A DNA stretch of 64,000 nt from Anaeramoeba ignava BMAN (lineage: Eukaryota; Protista; Anaeramoebae): positions 57,138-121,137 of the forward strand of contig JAPDFW010000140.1 in the NCBI GenBank assembly GCA_028826165.1, in the 5' to 3' direction. The position numbers and the translations under genes were made by a program. The notes under the pieces are model-generated. The model did not search any database, was not told the origin of the DNA, and saw only the letters and a program-made list of their open reading frames with translations. Shown in pieces: positions 41,901-52,038 of this stretch; the first letter of the stretch is position 1, and each line of letters begins with the position of its first letter.

Positions 41901-44900
41901 TAAAATACTTCAATACTATCTTGCAATTTAGCTCCATTTACTTGAAGTAATTTTGCAATTTCTATATTTTGTAAATATTTAATAACATAATCAAGTGGAC
42001 GAATATATTCATCTTTAAATTCATTTTTCTGATCAATAAATTGAAAATTATTAATTAAATGAATTTCTAAAAAAAAATATTATTATTGTTTCATTTATTA
42101 CAAAATAAATATTTGGATCTGCATAATAATTTAGTAATATCCTTAAATATTTTTCAGGATTTTTCGATTTAGTAGCAATCCCAATAGGCAATTTTCCATG
42201 CTTTAATTTTTAATTTATATAAATTTATAAATACAATTTCAAAATGGAAATTAAATTACAAAATATTCTTTTAAAAAATAATAAAATGATTTAATTTACT
42301 TTCTAAAACGAAAAAAATCAAAAATAAAAATTAATCATTTCTTTCTTTTTATATTAAATTATTAATTATTTTACAGATTTAATATTTGGATTTGCATGTG
42401 ATTCAAGTAATAACTTAATAATTTCTGGTTCATTTTCTGCAAATAATGCAAGATGTAATGGAGTTTCAAACTAATAATTTTAAATTAAGAAAAATTATTT
42501 TAAATCAAATTAATTTTTTTTTAAAAAAAATTATTTACATCCTATATTTTTTTATCAATTAAAAAAAATCTCTTTCTTTTTAATTAATTTATTAATTTAA
42601 ATAAAATTACGTTCTTTAAATTAAATTAAATTAAATTAAATTAAATTAAATTAAATTAAATTAGATTATATAAAATAAAATCAAACATTTTTTCCATCAA
42701 TATAAGCTCCATTATTAAGTAATAATTGAATAACATTTTTATCATGATTATATTTACATGCATAATGTAATGGTGTATCAAAATTCTAAAACAAATTTAA
42801 AATTTTAAATTTCAAATTTCAAATTTCAAATTGCAAATTAAATTTTACTTTCTAATTTAAATTAATTTAAATTAAATTAAAATAATTTAAAATAATTTCT
42901 CTTAATTTGAAATGCTTTTTTTTATTAAAAATCAATTAATACATTAGAATATTTAATTTTTGAACCTGAAGAAATTAATAATTTAACAATTTCAATAGAA
43001 TTTTCTTCAATTTGTAAAGCAAAATGTAAAGGAGAATTTCCCTAAAAATATATCAAAGAATATTTAAATATTTCTTTCTTTTAAATTATAGAGAAAAAAA
43101 AATATTTACATTCTAATATAGAATTATATATATTTTTTTTTTAAAAAAAATGTTTCATAAAAAGAAAAAGATCAAAATTTACACTTTTATTTAGAAAAAA
43201 TAAAATGAATTTTTTCTTTGGATAGATTAAAAAAAAATTTAGTTATAATTTTAATTACGAATCACAAATATTTACATCTGCTCCATTGTTAATTAAAAAT
43301 TCAATAATAGAATAAGTTGGTTTTTTTGATTGAAAAATTTTTATTAATGGAGTTTCTTCCTATAATTTAATTAAATTATAAAAAATAGGAATGGAATTAT
43401 TTTTAAATTTTTAAAATGAATTTTTCTTTACATTCTAAATAACAGAAAAAAAATTTTTTTAAAAAAAGAAAATGATTAATTTTAGATCAAAAAAATTTTA
43501 TTACAATCTATTAAATTATTTTTTAGTTTTAGTTTTATTTATTTTATTTTTTAATTAATGAATACATTTTTTGCATTAATTTCTGTTTTTGCAGTTATTA
43601 ATTCTTTGATATATTGTTCTGAAAAAATATCACAGGCAATATGAAGAGAATTTTCTTTCTATTTTATTTATAAAAAGCATATTAAAAAAATAAACAAACT
43701 TTATTCAAAATAAAAAATTACCATCTAAAATTATATTTAAGTATTTTTAATTAGAAAAAAAAATTATTTAAATAAAATACATACTATTTTTAAAAATAAA
43801 AATAAATAAATTTAATTTTAAAATTCAGATTAAATTATCAATAAATTTTTTTTTAATAAAAACATTAGAAAGATTAGGATTTGCATTTTTTTGTAAGAAA
43901 AGCTTAAAAATTTGAATATCATTTTTATGTGAAATGAAATCTTGAAATGGAGTAATTCCCTATTATTAATAATAATAATACTAAATAAATAATCAAAAAA
44001 AAAAAAAAAAACTTTCAAAATAAAAATTACATTCTAAATAAAGAATAGATATTAAAACAATTATTCAAACTTAAAATGAAAAGGTAATTAATTTTTTTTA
44101 CATTCTAAATTAATATATATATAAATATCCTAATTTTGTTGTTTTAATTTTTAAAATAAAACAAACATCTTGAAAATTTGGATCAGTTCCTAAATTAATT
44201 AATTTTTCAATTATATTTAAATCTACATTATAACTACATGCTAAATGTAATGGTGTTTTTTTCTAATAATAAAAAAGATTTATGATTATTAAATTAAATT
44301 ATAATATTAAAAAAAAAATTTAAAATTTACGCACTTTTTTTTTGGAAAATGGATTATAAACAAAATAACTTTTTTTTTATTCAAAATGAGTAAAAGAAAA
44401 AATATTAACATTCTAAATAATTATTAAATTTTTATATCATCTTAAATTATTTTTTAAAAAAAAAATATGCAAATCTACATTAAATTTATCAATATTTGCT
44501 CCATGAGAAATCAACTTTTCAAAAATTTCTAATGAATAACCGTAATAAATTAAAAAATGAAGTGGAGTATCTCCCTAAATAATAATAATAATAAAACTAA
44601 TTAAAATTAAAATTTAAAATTCTTTTTATTTTTTTTTACATCCTAAATCCAAAAAAAATATTAATAACATTATTAAAAGAATAAATTATATTGGAAATAA
44701 ATTTACATTCTAATTTAAATTTAAACTTATAAACATAATAAATGAAATTGTTTTTTTATTACATTTTGTATATTGATATCAATATCACTTTCAATTAAAA
44801 CTTCAATAATATCAATTTGAGCATTAATTTTAATTGAGAAATGTAGATAACTATCTCCAAAATTCTAATTAACAAAAACATAAATAAATTTCATTCGAAA

Positions 44901-46664
44901 TAAATATTATTTAAATCTAATAATTACTAAAATATGATTCATATTAACTCCTGATTCAATGAATGTTTTAATTAAAAGAGGATTTCCATATTTAATTGCA
45001 GTTTCAAGTAAAGTAACTTGCTAAAAATTGAGAATAAATAAAAATATAATAATATATAATATAAATCAAAATTACAAGCTAAAAAGAAAACATAAGAAAA
45101 TTAAAATGGTTTTTTTTTTGGAAATGAAATCAATACAGAATCATTTCTTTTCCATATATTTTCAGTTTTTTTAATTAAAAAACGAATAATTTCAAGATCA
45201 AAATTTTCTTGAATTGCGATATGAAATGGAGAAATGCACTTTTTATTTTTTTTAAAAAAAATAAAATATAAAAAATTTACATTTCTAATTTATAGTTTTT
45301 TTTTTTTACTTCAGGCTAAAAAAAAGGAATAATTAAAAAAATGAGAAATTTAAACATATTTTCTTTTAATTGAAAAAAAAAGAAAATAAACAGTTTGAAA
45401 CTAAATTACAAAATAATTTTTAATTTTAATTTTTAATTTCAAATTTTAAATTTTAATTTTACATTTGAAATTAAAAAATCAGCTTTAAATTCAGAAACAA
45501 TTTCAAGAATTTCTAATTTAGGTTTATTTTTAAAAAGAATATGTAAAGGAGTATCTCCCTAAAATGAAAAATATAATGATATTTAATACTAAAAAAATAA
45601 AATGGAAAATTTTTTTTAAACGAAAATGATTTACATCCTTTTAAATTAAAAAAATAATATTTTAATTTCCAATTTTGGAAAATAAATCTTTTTTGTTTTA
45701 CAATCTTTTCAAAAAATAAAATTCAAATAAAATTTAAATAAATTATAATAAATCTAAATATTTTTTTTACATTAACTGAATCCAATTTAGCTCCATTTTT
45801 TAAAAGTAGTTTTATAATTTGAAGATTTGTTTCTTTTTGGAAAACAATATGAAGAGCAGTTAATTTTGACTGATAAATAGAAATGAAAAATTATTTTGAT
45901 TAAAAAGTAAATTTTCTAAAAGGAAAAAAAAGAAGAGATTCTTTTTAGATAATTTTACAAACTAAAAATAATTAAAAAGAATAAATCTAAATTAAATAAA
46001 AAGAAAAAAAAATGATTTACTTTCTAAAAATGAAAGGAAATTAAAAATAAAGTTTGAATTTGCATTTAAAATTTAAAACTTAAAATAAAAAACTACTTCA
46101 AATTCATTTGGATTTGAACCTAAATCAATAAGTGTTTGAATAAATTCAATTTTAGGATTTTTTTGTAAAGAAATTTGCAAAGGTGTAAATCCCTAATAAT
46201 TATAATTAAATATAAATAATAAATTTACAAAATGGAAAATTGTTTGTTTTTTTTTTTAAATTTACATTCTTTTTGATTATTTTTATTTAAAATGAAAATT
46301 TAAATAAATAATTTCTTTTTTCAAACAAAACAAACTAATTTAAAATTATTTACAATCTATTTAAAATAGAAAAAATAAAATTTATATAAATTTAAAATGA
46401 TTAAATCTTAAAAACAAATGAATAAAATTCTTTTATAACTTTTTGGTTAATATTTTTATTGTCTAAAAGATGTTTTAAAGTTTCAATATCATTTTCTGAT
46501 ATAATTTTTTCAAAAATTTCCTAATTAAAAAAAATTTTAATTTTAAATTTTAAATTTTAATTTGAAAATTATTTTAATACAATATCAATTAAATTTGAAT
46601 CATCTTCACTTAAATCAGAAGTATCATCTGAATCACATAAACCAAAACTTTGAAAGAAAGACAT
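38944..46664 (-). CDS. Ankyrin-repeat (about 22 repeats) plus C-terminal BTB/POZ protein, about 1090 aa, about 57 exons including about 32 microexons
   Basis: ATG at 46664. Long exons: 46664-46581, 46520-46440, 46192-46097, 45869-45771, 45558-45463, 45238-45137, 45020-44928, 44864-44763, 44574-44479, 44262-44167, 43959-43864, 43658-43566, 43359-43259, 43041-42943, 42785-42687, 42470-42375, 42200-42102, 42028-41909, 41835-41737, 41525-41426, 41212-41120, 40829-40735, 40565-40473, 39951-39856, 39780-38944. Internal exons read GxTPLH...LL..GA..N. The last exon carries KDFTLIVDNVSIKVDKIVLAARSGLFNGMF (BTB). Confidence 0.9.
40010..46356 (-). other. Array of AG-flanked, GT-flanked microexons (27 of 3 nt; one each of 1, 6, 9 and 13 nt)
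   Basis: 3-nt exons (lowest coordinate, codon): 46354 ATT, 46266 AAT, 46021 AAA, 45959 TTT, 45702 ATT, 45635 GAT, 45076 CTT, 44707 AAT, 44640 GAT, 44410 AAT, 44331 TGC, 44102 AAT, 44031 AAT, 43781 TAT, 43722 ATG, 43505 ATT, 43432 AAT, 43110 AAT, 42849 AAA, 42611 AAC, 42539 GAT, 42300 AAA, 41654 GAA, 41589 TTT, 40973 AAT, 40912 TAT, 40010 GAA. Others: 43183 (1 nt), 45310-45315, 45392-45400, 40637-40649. Confidence 0.85.
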
Positions 46665-46758
46665 TTTTATTATAAATTTTTATAAAAAGAAAAATGAAAA
46701 AAAAAAAATTAAAAAAATTTAAATTCATTTTTTTTCATTTTTATTTTTTTTATTAAAA

Positions 46759-48691
46759 ATGCTTCCGAATTGGGCAATTAATTTACAAGAAAAAAATAAA
46801 CTTAGAAACTCAAATTTATCAATAAAGAAAAAAGAACAAGAAGAAAAGGACAAATTTACTGATGATTCAAATTATTCATTAAAGAAAATTAATGAAAAAA
46901 TGAATAATTTATTAAAACGTTCAATAATTAATTTTTATATAAAAAAACAAGAACAAAATTCTTTACAAATTGAAGATTTACAAATTCTTTATAATTCAAT
47001 TATGGAAAACTCAGTTGAATTTAAAAATGAATCTTGGGTTAATTTCAATTCCAATTTTAAAAAAAAAAGCAATTTAACGAATATTAATATAAATATTAAA
47101 TATTAAATATTAAATATTAAATATTAAATATTAAATATTAAATATTAAATATTAAATATTAAATATTAAAATAAATATTAAATATTAAATATTAAATATT
47201 AAATAATAAATATTAAATATTAAAATAAATATTAAATATTAAATATTAAATAATAAATATTAAATATTAATTAATAAATATTAAAATAAATATTAAATAT
47301 TAAATATTAAATATTAAATATTAAATATTAAATATTAAATATTAAATTAAATATTAAAATAAATATTAAATTAAATAATAAATATTAAAAATAAATATTA
47401 AATATAAATATTAAAATATAAATATTAAATATTAAATATTAAATTAAATATTAAATATTAAAAATAAATATTAAAAATAAATATTAAATATTAAAATAAA
47501 TATTAAATTAAATATTAAATTAAATATTAAATATAAAAATAAATATTAAATTAAATATTAAATTAAATAATAAATATTAAATATTAAATAATAAATTAAA
47601 TATTAAAATAAATATTAAATATTAAATATTAAAATAAATATTAAAATAAATATTAAATTAAATATTAAAATAAATATTAAATATTAAATATAAATATTAA
47701 TATAAATATTAAATTAAATATTAAAAAATAGATCAATTATGAATCATTCTCAAAAGCAAGAGAATCTTTACCACTAAAATTGAAAAGATTTCTAAAACCA
47801 TCATATTTTCTACGATTCAAACAAAACAAAAAGGGAGAAATTGAATCAGCAAATTTATTAGTAGTAATAATGTATATGATAACATTTGAAAACAACCGAA
47901 TCAAGTTAATGAAATTTGATTCTGAAGGAAATCATCGATTGAATGAAATTGAGTTAAGAAAATTCCTCCTTTACGAAGCAAACACAATTGGATCACTTCA
48001 AGAAATACCACAACCAATTAAACCTTTATATCTTTCAATTATCACAAAAAAAATATATTTCGTTTTGAAAAAAACACACAATAAAGAAATTGATATTGAT
48101 GAGTTTGCTATGAGTGATGTTCTGGAAGAGTTTTCAAATCTCAAGAATGCAGCAAAACTAAGCGCCAATGAGGAAAAAAAGAACTGGTTTTCAATCAAAT
48201 CAGTGATGTCAATCATTCAAGATTTCGCTAGGATTTCGGATAACGAAGACAAATTGACAAAGGAGCAATTCGAAAGACTGGGCGGAGTCACAAATACTTT
48301 TGTGGACTTACTGTTCCAAGAACTCCCAACAAACAGAATGACTTTTGATAACTTTATTGATTATGTTCTTGCTTCAACTTACTTGTCAACTAATTGCATT
48401 GCTAGTTTGAAATATTTTTGGAAAGTTTTTGATATCAAAAAAAATGGGAAATTTGATATGTTTAGTTTGAGGTTTTTCTTCCAAGAAATATCACAAGATT
48501 TGGAAAAGATGAAAGCAAAACCAATTAATATTGATTGGATTCGTGATGAAATATTTGATATGATCAACCCTAAAAATCGTACTTATATCACTTTTAATGA
48601 TATTGTTGATTCAAAAAGAGGCGATAATTTTTTTAGGATTTTAATGAATACCGAGGAATTTGTTGAATGGGAAGAAAGAGAATCAAATTAA
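46759..48691 (+). CDS. PP2A regulatory subunit B'' (PPP2R3C-like, EF-hand), 2 exons (46759-47037, 47732-48691)
   Basis: INYESF, NWFS, LKYFWKVFDIKKNGKFDMFSLRFFF and DEIFDMINPK...ITFNDI are typical of the B'' family. The in-phase GT-AG intron is filled with (AAATATT)n. Confidence 0.82.
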
Positions 48692-48939
48692 GATGAATAA
48701 ATTAATTTTTGATTTTAATTTTGATTTTGAATTTTTGATTTTTGATTTTTAAATTTATTTCTTGTTTTTCTTTTTAAAATAATTTAATCAAAAACAAAAA
48801 ATAACAAAATAGAAAGTTGTTTTTTTTTTGGAAATTGTTTTTTGAAATTGAAAAAGAAAAAGAATTTGGAAATTGAATTGAAAAAGAAAAAAAGAAAAAA
48901 AGAATTTTGGAAAATTGGGAATTAAAGTTGAAATTGGAA

Positions 48940-51645
48940 TTAAATATCTAAATCAGCTTGAAGTTCTTTTTCTTCTTGTTTTTGATTTTTTCTTGTTTTT
49001 TTCTTATATAAAGTAATTCCAATAATAATTATTAAAATAGCAATAATTGGAACAAGAATCCCAATAGTTATTGCTGTTGTGTTGGAATTGTTTGAATCAG
49101 TTGATTGAGTTGGTTGATAAGGAGATAATGTTGTAATTGATGTTGTTGAATTAGTTCCTGAATATTCATTATTTAAACAATTTAATGTAGATGATTGTTG
49201 AACTGAAATTTCATAATATTTTCCTCCTTCTAATCCTGTAATTAAATAATAATTGAATAAAGTTGTTAAACAAATTTTTATTGAATTAAATTTAAATGAA
49301 TATGCTTTTAATCCACTTGATAAAATTAATGAATCCCAACTGCAAATAAATCCATTAATTAATGAATCACAATTTAATGAAGTAATATTTCCTAATTTAG
49401 CTCTTGTTGAAATAATTGAACTAGGTAATCCTAAATATAGTGTTTCACAATTTAAATCAACACATCCTCGAATTGAAATATTATATTCAATATTTCCTGA
49501 TATTTCACTTATTCTTCCAATTACTTCATTTCCACTTAAATCAAGAGATGTGAATTTTTGCCAATTTGTTTCATTATCAAGTGAAATTGAATAATTATTT
49601 GCATTTGTTAATTTTGTGAAATTAAATTCAATTTCTTCAATTTTGGAAATTGTTTCATAAATTATTGGAGAAGTTAAATTATCAGTTATAATTGAAATTG
49701 ATGAAATATATCCACATTTTCCATTTGAATTACATGCTGATATATTGATTTGATATTCTTGATTTGGAAATTGAACTGTAAATTGTTGATTTGATGATGT
49801 TGGTTGATAATTTCCTGAATCATTTTGATAAATTGATTGATAAGTAAAATTATAATAAAATGGAATTGAACAATTAATTGGTTGATTCCAATTACAATTA
49901 ATATCTAATAAATTTGAAATTGAACATGTTAAATTTGTAACTTCTCCAAATATTAATGAAATTGATGATTCAACAATTTCTCCTTTATCATCTCCTTCAC
50001 ATTCAAGTGTTCTACATCCACAAATTGAAATATTATAATCATTTTCACATTCAAAATTATTCCAAAGATAATCAAGTGAAGAATTATCAACTGAAATGAA
50101 AGATATTAAATCAGGTTGAGATTGAATGAAATAAGAAAGATTATAATGATTAAGATGAGCAATTCCTTCATCAATCTGAACATTTGGATAATTCCAAGTA
50201 ACATTAATTGAATAATTTGTAGGATTTGATAATTGGAAATCTTTTACAGAATCAATTTTTGATGTTAAATTAATGAAAGAAGAAGATTCACCACATATCA
50301 TTGATTCATTATCACAAGCTTTGATTTGAATTGAATAATATTCATTTCCAGTAATATTATCATAAATTGAAGAATTAAATAATTGATAATAAACATTCTC
50401 ATTTTCAAGAATTGGATAATCAATATCAATCCAATCATATCCATAATTAATTTGATATTTCAAAGTTGAAGGAAATTCAATTTTATTCCAATAACAATCA
50501 AATGATGAAAACAAAGATGAACAATTAACAATATTAACTTGAGGAATTAAACTAGCTTCATAAACAAATACTTGATTTGCATCCCCAGATCCAATAACAG
50601 TAAAATTCCCATAAATTGAAACAGAACATCCAAATTCTGAAGGTTCACTCAAATTTTTTTCAAGATTCCAAATTAACTCATTATATCTATAAATAAATGC
50701 TTTTTTTGTAATATAAGAACTAATAACAATAACATCTTCATAAATTGAAACAGTCTTTCCAAAATTTGAAACAGAAGATTCATTCAAAATTTGTTCTTGA
50801 TTCCAAATTGATCCATTATATCTGTAAATAAATGCTTTTTTTGCAATATAAGCTCCAATAACAATAACATCTTCATAAATTGAAACAGAATAGCCAAACA
50901 TTGAAGCTGAAGATTCATTCAAAATTTGTTCTTCATTCCAAAATGCTCCATTATATCTGTAAATAAATGCTAGTTTTGCACTAGTTCCAATAACAGTAAC
51001 ATTCTCATAAATTGAAACAGAACATCCAAAACTTGAAACTGGTTCATTCAAATTTTTTTCTTGATTCCAAAATGTTCCATTATATCTGTAAATATATGCT
51101 TGATTTGCACTAGTTCCAATAACAGTAACATTCTCATAAATTGAAACAGAATATCCAAAATATATAACTGATTCATTCAAAATTTGTTCTTCATTCCAAA
51201 ATGTTCCATTATATCTGTAAATATATGCTTGTTTTGCACCAGAAGCACCAATAACAATAACATCTTCATAAACTGAAACAGAATATCCAAAATATGAAGC
51301 TGATTCATTCAAAGTTTGTTCAAGTTCAAAATTTGTTCCATTATATCTGTAAATATATGTTTGATTTGCAGAATAAGCTCCAATAACAAGAACATCTTTA
51401 TAAATTGAAACAGAATATCCAAAATTTCCTGATGCTGGAAATTGATCTAATAAATTCCAAATCCAAGCTTCATCTGGAGTAGAATAATATCTTGTTGTTT
51501 CTGTTAATGTTTCTATTTCTGTTAATATTGGTGATATTGATATTAATGATGGAATTGATTTTTGATTTTGATTTTGATTTTGATTTGATTTAATTAAGAA
51601 AATATTAATAATTAAGAAAAAGGAAAAGAAAAGAATTAATTTCAT
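48940..51645 (-). CDS. Type I membrane protein: signal peptide, 7 FG-GAP-like blades, FN3-like domains, TM, short tail (copy 1, intact)
   Basis: Seven ~44-aa FGxSVSIYxxVxVIG...YIYRYNG repeats, Cys-containing FN3-like modules (NVTWNYP...YNLSY...YNISICGC), and a hydrophobic TM followed by KKKTRK. Confidence 0.88.
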   Translation of the reverse strand: MKLILFFSFFLIINIFLIKSNQNQNQNQKSIPSLISISPILTEIETLTETTRYYSTPDEAWIWNLLDQFPASGNFGYSVSIYKDVLVIGAYSANQTYIYRYNGTNFELEQTLNESASYFGYSVSVYEDVIVIGASGAKQAYIYRYNGTFWNEEQILNESVIYFGYSVSIYENVTVIGTSANQAYIYRYNGTFWNQEKNLNEPVSSFGCSVSIYENVTVIGTSAKLAFIYRYNGAFWNEEQILNESSASMFGYSVSIYEDVIVIGAYIAKKAFIYRYNGSIWNQEQILNESSVSNFGKTVSIYEDVIVISSYITKKAFIYRYNELIWNLEKNLSEPSEFGCSVSIYGNFTVIGSGDANQVFVYEASLIPQVNIVNCSSLFSSFDCYWNKIEFPSTLKYQINYGYDWIDIDYPILENENVYYQLFNSSIYDNITGNEYYSIQIKACDNESMICGESSSFINLTSKIDSVKDFQLSNPTNYSINVTWNYPNVQIDEGIAHLNHYNLSYFIQSQPDLISFISVDNSSLDYLWNNFECENDYNISICGCRTLECEGDDKGEIVESSISLIFGEVTNLTCSISNLLDINCNWNQPINCSIPFYYNFTYQSIYQNDSGNYQPTSSNQQFTVQFPNQEYQINISACNSNGKCGYISSISIITDNLTSPIIYETISKIEEIEFNFTKLTNANNYSISLDNETNWQKFTSLDLSGNEVIGRISEISGNIEYNISIRGCVDLNCETLYLGLPSSIISTRAKLGNITSLNCDSLINGFICSWDSLILSSGLKAYSFKFNSIKICLTTLFNYYLITGLEGGKYYEISVQQSSTLNCLNNEYSGTNSTTSITTLSPYQPTQSTDSNNSNTTAITIGILVPIIAILIIIIGITLYKKKTRKNQKQEEKELQADLDI

Positions 51646-52038
51646 TTTTTGTTTTGTTTCTTTTTGTTTGCTATTTTTTTTTGAATAAAAATAAAAATAA
51701 ATTAAAATAAAAATTAAATTAAATTAAATTAATATAAAATTGTGTTTTGTTTTTTTTTCTTACTTTTTGTTTGTTTCTTTTTTTTTTTGCTTTTTTTGAA
51801 TTAAATAAAAAATAAAAAATTAAATTAAATTATTATAAAATTGTGTTTTGTGTTTTTGTGTTGTTTGTTACTTTTATAAAAGATGTAGAATGAAAAGAAA
51901 AAGAAAAAATGATCTTTTGTTTTTTTAATTTTAATTTTAATTTTAATTTAAATTTTAATTTTAATTTTAATTTAAATTTTAATTTTAATTTTAATTTTAA
52001 TTTTAATTTAAATTTTGATTTTAATTTTGATTTTGATT

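Noticed and set aside
45281-45284. 4-nt AG-AAAT-GT candidate microexon
   Set aside because: It would need a 25-nt upstream intron and would break the frame, which is already closed by the 9- and 6-nt exons.
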